DNA from: Haplodiscus bocki
Taxonomy: Eukaryota
Assembly (NCBI GenBank): GCA_965655095.1
Contig: OZ296651.1
Span: 45,012,001 to 45,076,000 of the forward strand
Direction: 5' to 3'
Length of the DNA stretch: 64,000 bases
Positions 1 to 12,300 of this stretch are shown in pieces. Below the pieces are notes generated by a model. It worked only from the letters and a program-made list of their open reading frames with translations. It made no database searches and was not told the DNA's origin. The translations under genes and the position numbers were made by a program. How positions within the stretch are numbered: position 1 is the first letter of the stretch; each line of letters begins with the position of its first letter.

Positions 1-1250
1 TTTTGAAAACAATTCAGAAACATCAGCCGATTAACCGGTTTTATCGATGATGTGGTCGAAGCACCGGAAACTAAAAACAGTTCGGCAGAAACAACTTTCC
101 GACTAATGATTTTAAAGGAGTTAATGTTAGGGTCAAGACCAACTGCTCCAAACAGACAAAGTAAATCATTGAAGTTAGGAAGTTAGGCCTAAGACAACAT
201 GAAGGCGGCTGAACTTAGTTTCAGGATGGACTGAACAAACTATCAAAACAAACTTTGGTTAATCCAGAAGTGGAGAGAAAATTATTTGCCTTAAAGGTAG
301 AAAGGAGGTAGAATTACCGGGAGACTACAAAGGTGCTTTCGAAAAAAATCACTGATAAAAGCATATTTTGTTCCTTGGTGTTGAAAACTTCTGCGCGTAG
401 ATGTCCCACAGCAAGCCATTAAATCTCCTCCTTCCGGTGACACTCGATTGACCAACGTGATTACTTATAGTGGAAATTCCTGTTGGACATGGTTGACAGG
501 GTCTAGAAAAAATCATGAGAACAAGTACGTGATGCATGGAACTCCAGTAATAACTCAGAGAATTGAAATCAACGTACCAAAAGCAACCGGAAAGAAAATA
601 CAGCAAACCTGTGCAAGAAATTCTGAATGATTTTTTCCGGGAAACTAATTTTACGTTGGTGCCTGGATACACTGTTAACATAGGTTTTCGGCAAGCCGGA
701 CATACCCCTAGTGATTCATAAGTTCAATATAGGGCGAGCAGCAGAAATGTGAAGAAAAAACAAAACTAGAAACTTTTAGTTCTTCAACGCTCAATCAATT
801 TCTTTGACATAACGGAAGAAACCAAAACCGATGAAGGAAATTCACAAACGTCAGGGAAATCGCGTCATTCTTCAGAAGTGAGATTAAAACAACGCACGCC
901 CAGATTAAACACCGGAACAAGAACTGTAGATTGAGCAGTTCAGACACGTAATTAGTACCTGAAAGCGAAGTTGATTGTTAAAATCAATTTTACTGAAATT
1001 GCAAACAAAGTAACAAAGATTTTGCGGCTAAATAAAAATGCAAAAAAAAACCAAATGCAAGGAAACCAACTTTGAATTACTCCACGGACAGAAACCGTGA
1101 ACTAAACTCATCATATTAAACGCAAACAGTGAGTTTCACTTCTTTGATCGTTGTAAAGCAAATTCAGTTCACGCAAAAATAGTTCCCGATTTTTTTCAGC
1201 TTGAAGGAGCCAGGAGAGATGAAGGAATGTCAATATGTGCCATGAAACGA
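1..1250 (+). mobile_element. Decayed Ty3/Gypsy LTR-retrotransposon pol fragment (integrase region), with stops and frameshifts
   Basis: Manual translation gives integrase-like segments in the expected order: KPVQEILNDF(fs)SGKL at 605-646 (first Asp region), INFFDITEETKTDEGNS at ~794-844 (second Asp, cf. PxxIxSDxG), TPRLNTGTRTVD*AVQTRN*YLKAKL from 896 (cf. xPxxNGxVERxxxTLK), FELLHGQKP* at 1071-1100 (cf. TPFELxxGRxP). Motif comparison from memory; no LTR seen. Confidence 0.68.
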
Positions 1251-1369
1251 CGAGGTTCCAGCTGCTGTACCTCAACCAATTTTTCAAAATGAAAATGGAC
1301 AACATTAGTTAGTGACACCGAACACTCTCCGGACTGTTACGAAAAGAGAAAAGATGAGACACCGTCGAA

Positions 1370-2935
1370 ATGGACGTAATCTACGTAACCATAGACTTAT
1401 CGTCCTTCATCAAGGTCTCAGTCCAAAATTTTTACCTTCTGTAGAAAAACACGGTCCAGCAAACAGTTTTTTCAGTTTTCGCATCAAAGAGTTGATTTTC
1501 CAAAATTTCCAGAAAGAGCTCTTTCTTTTGATTTCGTCCATTTTCATACCCATTTTCTTCCTCCACAAAAAGATAGATTTCTTTCATCAGAATCTGAATC
1601 AAACAATATCAATTCGTGCCAATCCGTTTGAATAAAAACTTGTATCAGATACCTGACAGTACGAATGTTCCACTCTTTTTGCGTTCCATCCAGGTTTCAG
1701 TTGGAAACTTTACTGTTGAGGAGGGTTTGGTTGAAAACTCAAGTCGGATCATTTCCTCAAAATCCAGCTAGTCCAAAGCAACCAGGCCCAAAAAATGTTA
1801 GTAGCTTTGATTCAACACGCTGTTCAAACTTGTTTACAGCCGCAGTTACAAGTTCTAGGGTCTCTGAAAACCAAATAACAATTCTAGAACTTTCGAGGTT
1901 AAAATTCATTCATTTTAAACTTTTCATCAAACTCTTGATGGTTCTACTGTTCCAAAAGTTGGTTTGAATTTTGATTGATCTTGATCTTCTTCTGCGTAAC
2001 TGCAGACTTGATTTCTTCCATCGAATTTCCAGTGGAATGCTTTCAACTTGCGTCAATCTGATCCATTGAAGATATATTGAGTTTGTTTTTTCCATCTGGA
2101 ACCTAACAGTATGAAAATTCCTGAAAGTTTTTCGCATTTATGAGCTTTTTGCAATTTCAAAGTAATCTTTCTCCGTAAAATATCCCCCAAAAAGGTCTAA
2201 ATTGACAACTAACACTCTGAAAACAACCCACAATAAAATTTTGTTGATTTGATCCAAGCAACAAACTCTTCATAGTCCAAAGTGTTCAGAAAGAATTATT
2301 ATCGATTTTTATATTAATAAATCAACGGAAAAGATCAATCTCTGATAAACCGTTCAATTGAAAGACGTCAAAAATTTTCTGTGCGAACAAATCCTGACAG
2401 AAAAACTCAATAAAAAACGCGGAACAAAGATTTTTGGCGATGATCAAAGTCATCTTCCTCTGTAAATATAAGCCTGATGTCTTCCATCAACGCAACAGTC
2501 GAAAATTATACACTTGAAGAGTAGATATTGCTTGATTGTTCGTTTATGTTGATCTTTGCATCAAGTTCCTAATAGGCCGAAACGTCCAAAACAGGCGCTT
2601 TTTTGTTCATATGAAAATTCAAACTCATTTTCCATTATACCAACAAGTTTGTTTTGTTCCATCAACTTGTAAAAGGAAAGCGTTACACCAGTTGAAAATC
2701 ATTTGATTCAGATATCCTCTTTTTCATCTTTGCGTCAAAACCCTGCTAGTACCATCTTTCAGGAGAGTGTCAAAGAAAGTTATTCATCTCAATCTTAACA
2801 CTGCTTTCTATCCGCAACTGCAGGCTATTATTTTCAGTAGGTTCCCAGGCGACAACGTAACACTAGTTGAACACTCGTTTTAGATAAAAATCTTTTATTT
2901 TGATCTTTGCATCAAGTCCCTGATGCTCCAAAGTA
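1370..2935 (+). repeat. Outlying, highly diverged patch of the ~175-bp satellite (~9 monomers)
   Basis: Monomer head motif recurs: ctacgtaaccatagacttatcgtccttcatcaaggtctc (1381), ctgcgtaactgcagacttgatttcttccatc (1992), ctgtaaatataagcctgatgtcttccatcaacg...tacacttgaagag (2460), 2633, tccgcaactgcaggct...caggcgacaac (2811). The last three are ~175 bp apart and resemble family-1 types A, B, C. Confidence 0.8.
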
Positions 2936-2944
2936 ACCCAAAAT

Positions 2945-3600
2945 TTAGTGTCAAACAACCAAACCACACCCTACTGAAACTCAATTTCCTTCTCAAAACC
3001 CACAATTTCGACAACAACGTCATTTTTTTGACTGAAATTGAAGAAATACATGTTATTACCATTGAATTTCCGGAATGGGGTTGATGTAGTGAAAAAATCA
3101 GGAAATGGTTGTTAAGTTCGGTGAAAACGAGCGGCAATACACAGTAGAAGGGTGTTTGCTTGTTCAACAACAAAATTCAGTCCATAAAAAAGAAACCGCT
3201 GGACACCCTGAACAAGTGGGTAAGTGCATCTATATTTTACACTAACCCCCGAGTCAAATGAAAACCTTTTTCCATGTTCAGCATTGATCCCCTGGTCAAG
3301 TAGAAACAATTATCCACATTCAACTCTGAGCAAAAAATACATTTTGCTATTCTTCTGAATTCAAAGTTTTCCATTTTTTCAAAAAGTTTCCGTATACTAA
3401 ATGATGGTATTTTGTAGTCATTGTAATTGTTGTTATGAAAGAAATGAACATCACAGAATAAACGATCAACACTTTTGCAGAAGAATATAATATCAAAAAA
3501 CTGATGAAAAAAAATTGATTTTCGTTCACTTCTCTCAGATTTCTCAAACGCTAAGTAAACACCGAAGAAAGGTTTTAATGACATTGTACAATTTGGTGCT
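2945..3600 (+). pseudogene. Possible remnants of a Polinton protein-primed DNA polymerase B (pPolB)
   Basis: Scattered fragments only: PFSM at ~3266-3277 (cf. motif A SxLYPxxM) followed by DG(fs)FCSHCNCCYE at 3403-3439 (cf. DGxCxxxNTVxE insert of Polinton pPolBs). Heavily eroded. Confidence 0.3.
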
Positions 3601-5467
3601 ACAGATGTTTTTAGTTTTACTATTTGTAGATGTAACTGAACAAAAACTGAGTACTACTGTAATATTGTACAACCTAATTTCACTGGGTACAAACTAACAC
3701 TCTCGGGTTTCCCCTGTGAAGGCACTTCAAAAGGTTTTGTTCACATTCGCAGGTTTACCATATTTTCCGTTCATGATGGGCTACATCTCTGAACTTGAAC
3801 CGATGCAAATTGAGTGTCTGCTAGTGAGAGAGGGGTAGGCTGACTAAGCCTTATAGCCGACAAAAGTGGTCGAAACACCATGAAATGAAGAACACTAGCA
3901 CCAAGCAAACGAAATTTGATCAAAACACCTCTGAAAATCTTTCAATGATTTTGACTGCAAATTTAAGTGTTTGACAAATTCAAACTGTAACAAATTGAAT
4001 TGAAAAACAAATGATTGACATGTATACTTTTTTAAATTCAATATGGTAGAAAAACGGAACTGCATAAAATTTGAAGTAAAGATGAAACTGACATACGTAT
4101 TCCTGTTGTTAACACTAATTCCATCTGAGACACTAAAACTAAATTTGAACTCTCAAATTGAACCAGAAAACAAAAACATTTATAGAACAATTTTATAAAT
4201 GAGATAAAATATTTGGAAAAGAATGAATACTTTAAAATGCTTTATATTTACTTTGTAATAAAGATCCTCTATTTTCATTGAAAATTCAGCTTCGCAAACC
4301 GAACATTTAGTCGCCTTCCGAATACTGCGACTCTATATTTTAAAGTGGGAGTCAAATTTTATAAAAATAAACACAAATAACAATAATTTAACGAAGAAAT
4401 GAATATCAAAAAATGGGAAGTGTTAGATTCAACAGATTAACGGAATCGAATTGACATAATTATGTTTAGCCCAGAACTCAGTTTTAGCCTCATTTCTAGC
4501 GGCGATGCGCTTTGAGGAGGCACTAATATCGAGAGAAAACTTCACGAAAACTTCTATTACACCATTCATTGCTAGACCCGGCGTTGAATTTTTAGCTGAA
4601 ATTAAAAATGAGTACGTGGAAGTTGTTGACGAAGAACACGTAGATGAAGCTGTCAAAAAAACGAGTGACAAATGGATTTAGCAAAACAACTAGCATCAAT
4701 TAATGAAACTTTGAGAGGAAAAACAATACAAGTTAAACAAGTTTCCAAACTCACTCAAAAAACCAGAAGCTAAAAAGAGCGAAGAATTATTAGCAAAAGA
4801 GCACTGCTAATAAAAAGTTTATATTATAAAGGGTGATGATATTATGGAATTGTTTACTGAATATAGTTTGTTAGGAAATAAAATAGGTGGCTAGTATGAA
4901 AAATGGTTGAAAAGAACTGAAGCAAAACAATCGTAAAAACCGAAGATGAAAAAGAGCTTTTAGTTACGAAAAAAGACAAATATCAAAATACTAAGTGATC
5001 AAAAAATGGGACTTGAAATTTACTTTATATTGAACAAGTGACATTTAGATTTTTACAATGCAACGGACAATCCACCAGAATTTTTGACAATCCCAAGAAA
5101 ATAAAAACTGGAACATTAAAAAAAGAATTGAAAGATTTGATTGGGAAACTTTAAAAAGAAGAGAAACAATCAGGTTGCGGATTGTGTTTCTCCAAAGAAG
5201 AAAACAAGGCAATGAAACCAGGAAGGACTATGGAAAAAGCTGTTGAGGAATCTTTAAATTTCTTTAAGATGCAATTCACAGATTTATATTCAGAATATGG
5301 TAATTTTTCAGATAGTTCAATCAAAATCACAACACAGTTTTTTTAAAAAAGGGCGTTTTGAGAATTAGGATAATAAAAAAGAAGCATTGAAATTTTACAA
5401 AACGTTTTATGGAAGATGAAGAGCAGATTGGAAACTGTAGTATTTGATATTAAAGAAATAGACGGCG

Positions 5468-5885
5468 ATGAATTCTTTGGCTGATTTCATCAAAACAGAT
5501 GACCTGAAAAAGATATATCAATTAAAAATAACGAAAGCAAACACCTTCAATTTTTGTTTAATTCCAAAAAATACTTGAGCGATGGTATATCTGACACTAA
5601 AATTGGTGTTGAAGAAATTCGATCTCCTCAGGGTACTCATTGTGTGGTGAAAATAGAGGGAAAACTTTTTGAATCTTACTCTTGACCTCCGCCTAATTTG
5701 TTAACTAATTTATGATCAAAAGAAGTGGAAAGAGAGCTTTCTTTCAAATTACAGAAATCAAGGAAGACGAGGGCGCGATTATTCGATTCGGATTGACAGT
5801 TAATATGCAGCCTTTTGTTTTTATAAATTTCGCCGTACAAAAATTACAACAATAGACTCTGAATCAGCAGTATAACATTTAACAA
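5468..5885 (+). pseudogene. Polinton-type adenain/Ulp1-like cysteine protease pseudogene
   Basis: ATG at 5468 (MNSLADFIKT...), then after a frameshift LSDGISDTKIGVEEIRSPQGTHCVVKIEGKLFESYS*PPPNLLTN (GTH at 5632-5640; cf. GTHWV...YFDSYGxxPP), then DS*YAAFCFYKF from 5795 (cf. xSxCGxYCLYF). Motif order and spacing fit; catalytic Asp and Cys positions are altered and there are in-frame stops. Confidence 0.72.
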
Positions 5886-5899
5886 AGATTAAAATCTCG

Positions 5900-6900
5900 C
5901 ACAGTAGTTGAGGAAAATGAAAAAAGACTAACAGTAGTTGACGAAAAAATCAATAAGACGAGTGTCAAACCTAAAAGTGGTGACTTTGTGAACAGCTAGG
6001 AATTATTTCACCAATATCACTGAATCAAAAGTTTATCCGCTGAAGGGTTTGAAGGTAATGATGAAAAGGAACTCTTGCTAATCTTGTTCAGGAACTTCGA
6101 TGTTATTTAAGCAAATTCACAGAAAATCACAAAAAACTTTACAGTTTCAATTAGATTAAATATAAGAATTTTCCCTTCTGATATTTTTCGAGAAATGGCA
6201 AGCAGTTTTTCAAGCCACGGTGAATATTTGAGTCACGAAGAAATGTAGGTGATAGGCTGAGCCAGTTTAGAAGTTATTTTCAGAAAAGCATTAGATTTTT
6301 GTAAGATTATGATTGAGAGAGAAGTTTGTTCTGAAGATCGTTAAATTTTTATCAAAAGAAATAACAACAATTTATACAAAGGATTATGAAATTGAAAAAA
6401 ACAATGAAACAATGAAGATAGACAATCATATTTTTTAGATCATCTTGGTTTTGCTACTGGAAAAAATTTAACTAAAAAGTTACCAATGAAAAACGTCCAA
6501 ATAAAGAAGAGATCGTTTTGTTAACGAAATACACTTCTACCAACTTTGTATTTAATCTTCCTTTGAAACATTTTAACCCATTTTTTCAGGTTACAAGTTT
6601 ATGAATTAACTTCAGTTAACTTCGAAAGTGCGGACATTATCGAAACTTTTTTTATCATTTGTAACAATTACCATTGATTCACTTATGTTTAATTTAATTT
6701 TGATCACTGACTCACTTTCAACGAAACTAAGTTTCAGTTAAAATTTTTTGTCTCCAATTCCTGGGTTGAGAAATATGGAAAATTATCAAGTCTGATTTTA
6801 CTCAGATAATACTTTATTTGGCAATGATAAGAAAATCAAAGTTGATTTCCATGGTGAAGCTAAGACTTTCGCTTTGCAAACATTAAATTATCAAGTACTA
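5900..6900 (+). pseudogene. Polinton penton/minor capsid protein-like pseudogene
   Basis: SYFLDHLGF at ~6426-6452 (cf. xxLGF motif) and C-terminal KSDFTQIILYL(fs)GNDKKIKVDFHGEAKTFALQ at ~6788-6879 (cf. I.l.L.D.....vDFnGe...f.l). Directly downstream of the protease relic on the same strand. Start uncertain. Confidence 0.5.
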
Positions 6901-7530
6901 CCTATTTCACAAATCTATACAGAGATTAATTTCAATTGAGCTTAAATAATAATTTTTTTTCAATATTTTATCATAAAGTAAAACCTAATTTTTTTAACAA
7001 AGATGATTTCGAATACATACACTCCGAGAAATTAAAAAGATGACTTGTAACTTCCAAATACAAGAAATACAGATACTCGCATGGTTTAAACAAACGCGAA
7101 ACCAAACAAACATTGGAATTTCAAAAGTATTAACGAACGAAATCATTTTGTTTTTTAAATTCTATGCGTTCGAAAGTCGTTAAATAGGCATTTCAGAGAT
7201 TAACTTGTTTAGAAGTATACAAATCTGCTTTCAAAAACATTTACAAAAACTTTTTTTCAAAGCATTTTTTCGATCAAGAACAATAAACCTGATTAATGGC
7301 GTAGATGGGTAGAGAAGCTGATTTTGACCGAAATGGAAAAAAGTTTTTTATTTGGAAAGAAGAAATATTAGATAGAACAATGAGACCACATTTGTCAGTT
7401 GAAGGAACCCAACTTTGACAACATCAAAAACATACCTTTTGAAGAAGCAGACTCTGTACAAGGACACAGTTTAACAAACTTTTTTATGATCATTGTACTT
7501 GTTTATTTCGATTTTTTGAAAGTTGTTTAG

Positions 7531-7730
7531 NNNNNNNNNNNNNNNNNNNNNNNNNNNNNNNNNNNNNNNNNNNNNNNNNNNNNNNNNNNNNNNNNNNNNN
7601 NNNNNNNNNNNNNNNNNNNNNNNNNNNNNNNNNNNNNNNNNNNNNNNNNNNNNNNNNNNNNNNNNNNNNNNNNNNNNNNNNNNNNNNNNNNNNNNNNNNN
7701 NNNNNNNNNNNNNNNNNNNNNNNNNNNNNN
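7531..7730. other. Assembly/scaffold gap (200 N)
   Basis: Run of exactly 200 n; true size and contiguity unknown. Confidence 0.99.
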
Positions 7731-8900
7731 TTCACAGACATCACAGAAACGAAAGTTATCAGTGTTTCTCATACAATGATTTTGAGAATTAAAACATAAC
7801 TTTTTGTGTTTGTTAAAGTTTTCTCCTCGAAAAAAAAACAGTGCAACCATCACATTTTGTATTTTTTTTAATCATTAGATTGACACTCATAAAAACTGTA
7901 TTCAGATGAAAAAATTTCTTATACCTTGTTGTCTGGTCTGTTTTGAATAAATGTTCTTTTGTTTTCGAATCTCTCCTTAAACATATTCTTCCACACTCTC
8001 CATCACAGATAGAGCGGAAATCAGGTGATTTTGTGATTTATTATAAGTTTACTTGTTTAAAGCCTTGGCCGACAACCTACTAACCATCAAATTTTTTGAC
8101 TTTTTTAAGGTTGCCTTCTTCAAAGGAGCTTTATTATCTCAATCATAGAAAAGTTCTATTTAGAAACTAAGCTTTGTATTGCCTGTATATTTTGTTTCTG
8201 TACAAGGTTCATAACTCTGCATTTACTCTTTTATAAAAAGTCTAGCTTAACTTTCTTGTCTTTTTTATAAAACATACTTTGAAACAAGATTTTCTTTTCT
8301 TGTGCTTGTCTTTATTATTTTGCACAGTTCATTTCCACTGGATTCATTGACCCTTTTAGTGGCGTCATTTTTGTTGAAACTTGGATATCAAAAATTGCAA
8401 TTTTTCAAATGTTTTGATTGTTAAACCACCTTTTGCAACCTGTTTTGATTTACAAAAACTTCTCCAGGGCAATCACAGCTCATTTTGTCGAATTAATTAG
8501 CAAGCTCTGCTCCCTGGGCAGTTTATCTAATATGTTGTTTAATGTTTTTTTTAGAATACCTATAATAATTTTATCAACAAGTAACTGTTTCAATAAGATG
8601 GGTTTGCGATGAGATCTCTACGAACTATCAGAAAGTTCGTTTATTATTGGTCGAGAAGTTTCATCCTTCAGTGGTTTTTTCCTTCCACTTTTTAGTTTTT
8701 TTGCCACTTACACTAATTATGGAATTTTTTCTCTGCTGCTTTTTAATCCATAATCTATCATTTCTAGTAAATCTAAAAGCCAAGATTTGTCATTAAATAT
8801 TTGACAACAGTTTTATTTGTACCGTAAAGTTTTCTGTCACAACTGGAACATAGTTATTTGGTAATACCGCGAATTAGACTTTGTTTTACCCTTTGAAATA
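7731..8900 (-). pseudogene. Unidentified decayed coding sequence on the minus strand with CxxC-type fragments
   Basis: Composition flips to T-rich after the gap. Minus strand reads KCDGC(fs)..GENFNKHKK and FCDVCE near 7731-7860, and Lys-rich fragments near 8600-8760. No family assignment possible. Confidence 0.25.
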
Positions 8901-9319
8901 ATTCTTTGTTTGATGTGGGTGAACAGTGATAAAAGTTGCTATTTGAGCTTGTGCCTATTAGAGAACAAAGGTGAAGGTTCCTACTTGCTAACTAGTAATT
9001 AGTAGCGCAAAAATATTTGTCAAACAAGCAACCATAGCCTATTGAACCTAAGCCTCCATTACAAAACCAGCAGAACTGACGAAACATTCAACCATATGGA
9101 TAAATTTGAGGAAATACATGTTTATATCATTATAATCAAGGTTTGGGATAGATTTTTTGAATTAACAAGGAAATTTGTGTAAAGAAAAAGATCCAAAGGA
9201 ACAAATGATGGAAAAGTTGAATTTGCGGTGAAGATGAAAGCGTTAATTGCCGCGAAAATGATGGGAAAAACACAGTAGAATGGGGCTTAGTTGTCTGACA
9301 TTTTTATTCAGGCTACTTC

Positions 9320-12300
9320 GGAACATTACATGTGGTAATGCTTTCAGAAAATTTCAATTTTCAATTTCTCGCTCCTCCTGATCTTCAAGTTTCTTTTATT
9401 CCATCTACAACTCTATCGATAGCTTTGATTTTTTGGTGAAGAACTCAAATGAAAAACTGTTAGTGTTGTTCCCTCCATCACAATCCTGAAAGTTGGAAAA
9501 TTACAAAAAACGTCCATTTGTTGACCATTCTCGAAAATACAATTGATTTTTTTCCGTGATTTGAGACTTGCTGTCTCTCATCAAGGTCCTAATCGGAAGT
9601 TTTTTTTGCGGAGGAGGTTCCAAAAAAGAAGCTTAAACTCTGATCATTGCCTCAAAATCCTGAAGGTCCAAAAATTCCAAAAACTGTTGTTGATTTTGAT
9701 TTCACTCTGTTTTAAAATTTATTTCTTTTGTAATTATGGGCTGGATCTCTCCCTACAGAGTCTGAATCGACAACTTGTTTGTGAAATGGGCAATTGGATT
9801 GCAAAATGTCAATAATTTTCCCATGAACCATGAAATTGGCGGAAACAGTTTTTCACTCATTACCCAAAATCAGTTTCACTAGTAATCAGAGGCTTGATGT
9901 GATATTCCAAGATCCCTAGTTTTACATTTGAAGAGCATTCGATCTGGAAAGATCACTTTTTTACCTGTTCATCAATTGTCAGACAGACCCAAAATTTGAA
10001 AAATTACTATAATTTTGGAATGTTCAGATTTTCAAAACTCAACTATATCCGTGAATACAGGTTTGATTTCATCAATTAGTGTCTACTTTAAAAGATTTAC
10101 TTTCGAAGAGGAGCCTTTGATTGAAAAAACAAATGTCTAAAATAGCGTCAAACTTCTGATTTTCTCAATTTCCCGAAGGTGCTTTTGAAAAACAATCATC
10201 TCGACTTCGAAAATCTTCTCTTTTTCCTAACTACAGTCTTCATTTCTTCATTAGAGTGTCGAGCGACATTTTTACACTTGCAGAACAATCGCATTCAAAA
10301 ATAAATAAATTGACTTTTGCGACAGAACTTGCTCGTCCGAACGTTCTAGGTGCTGTAACTTTTGATTCAGTTCGTTTTCCAAAGTCTTTTTCTCTTAATT
10401 TCCTGTTTGACTATTTCGATCCATTTCTCCATCAAATGCTTTCATTTTTTGGTACACCCCTTCTCTCAAAAAATATCATTTCAATTCTTTCCATCAGACT
10501 CTAGACAGTACGAAGGGAAAAATTTTGTGTATAATCCTGATTTTCTTGGCAATGCAAATCGCTTTTCTTCTTTACTAGACACTTGATGTCTTTCATCAAG
10601 GCCCTAATCGGGAGTTTTTTTGTGGCGGACGCCTCTAATATTAATCCAATTTGTGATCATTGCGTCAAAGTTCCGATTGTCCAAACATTCCAAAAACTGC
10701 TATTCAATTTGACTTCTGTCCGTTTTCAGACCCATTTTCGTAGTAGGGGCTTGATTCTTTGCCTTAAAGTCTAAGTGGACAGCCTTTTCTCGGGTGAACA
10801 AATTGATTGCAATTTAACTCAATCATTTTCTTTGAATCACGACGCGACAGTAAGAAGTTTTCAAAAAGCTTTTTTTTGTTCTGATTTCGCCTCAAGTTTT
10901 GAAAATCAAACATGCCGGTAAATAGAGGCTTGATATGTTCTATCAATGTCTCGAACAACAACCTTACCGTTAATTAGCATTCGTTTTGGAAACTTTGTGT
11001 TTTGTTTTCTCTCTCAATTTCCTGACGGTCCCAATTTCCTAGCAAATGCTAACCTATTCGATTATTTTTGAATTGCAAACACTTTTTGTCCCGAGAATGC
11101 TGGTTTGGCTTCTCCAATTGAGGTCCTCATCGAAAGCATTTTCTTGAGAAAAAAGTTTTGATTAAAAATCGTTTCTCATCTCTGCGCCAAATTCCTGAAA
11201 TTCCGAGCGTCCAAAAAAAACCTCAAAAAAATGTCATCTCAGTTTTGAAACTCAATTTCATCCGTAACTCAGTTTTTTATCCTTTCATCAGGGTGTCAGG
11301 AGATAGATTTACACCAGGAGAAAACTCGACATGCAACACAATCATTTTCACCTTTGCATCCAATCCTGATGGTCCCAAAGCTCCAAGTGCTATAAATTTT
11401 TATTCATTTCGAATTTCAAACTGTGTCTTCGTCGTAACTGCAAGTTCTATTTCTTTCTTTAATTTCTCCGTCAAAAACATTCAGTTCTCGGAAAACCAAT
11501 TTTCGGGAAATTTGTCTTTTTTGTTTTTTTCATCAGAGTTAGAGTCTTGCAAGATTGATTGTTACTAAAAAGGTGTATATTGATGATTTTTGCTGATGAA
11601 ACAATTCATTTTACTCGGAAAGTACAGCCTTGACATCTTCCATCAAGGTGCGCATCGAATGGTTTTGTTTGTGGATGAGTGATCTAAAGAAGAATCCGTT
11701 CTGTGATCACTGCGATGAAACCTTGATGGTTCAAAAATTTCCGAAAACTGCAAAGAAGTTCAATTATTTCACTTCAAAATTTGTTTCTATTGGTAATTAC
11801 CAGCCTACTGGCTTCCTTTCTGCCAATAGATTGTCAACTGAGAAGTTTACACTTGCAGAAAAAACAATATCAAAAACAATTAGTTGGACATTTCCATCAG
11901 AATTCTGCTGGTCCCAACGTTCTCGGTGCTGTAAGATCTGATTCTTTACCTTTTCCAAACACTCTTCTTCGTAATTTCAGGATTGATTCCTCCCATCCAA
12001 TAGTCCATCAAAAGCTTTCGATTAATGCTAAACCTTTTCACTGACAAAATATCAATTCAATTCCTTCCATCAGAATCCAAAACGGTACGAAGTGGAGAAA
12101 CCATGTTTAAAAAGCTGTTTTTCCTTAATGAAAGAAATCATTTTACTCCGAAAAAAGAGACTTGATGTCTTCCAAGAACGTCCATTTCCAAATTCTCCTC
12201 TTTGTGGACGAAAATTGCAAAAAAAGGTTGAGTCTGCAATCACTGCGTTGAAACTGTGGTGGCTCAAGAATTTCGAAAATTGCAAATATTATTCAATGCG

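Larger units (their letters stand above)
2940..9300. mobile_element. Decayed Polinton/Maverick (adintovirus-like) derived block, interrupted by an assembly gap
   Basis: Non-satellite, A-rich pseudo-coding sequence with a recognisable adenain-type protease relic, a penton-like C-terminus, a QSGCGL (QxGxG) motif at 5167-5184 and weak pPolB-like fragments. Ends defined only by where the satellite stops and resumes; may be a mosaic of several relics. Confidence 0.55.

Noticed and set aside
3700-3900. GC-richer island as a SINE, ncRNA or promoter
   Set aside because: No recognisable motif, structure or second copy in the window.
7490-7853. Three ORFs spanning the N run
   Set aside because: Artefacts of translating the 200-N gap.
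8975-9010. Polinton terminal inverted repeat near ctagtaattagtagc
   Set aside because: No matching inverted copy found near 2940 or elsewhere in the window.
10975-11000. CENP-B-box-like attcgttttggaaac
   Set aside because: Spacing and the 3' CGGG of the canonical box are missing, and it is not conserved among monomers.
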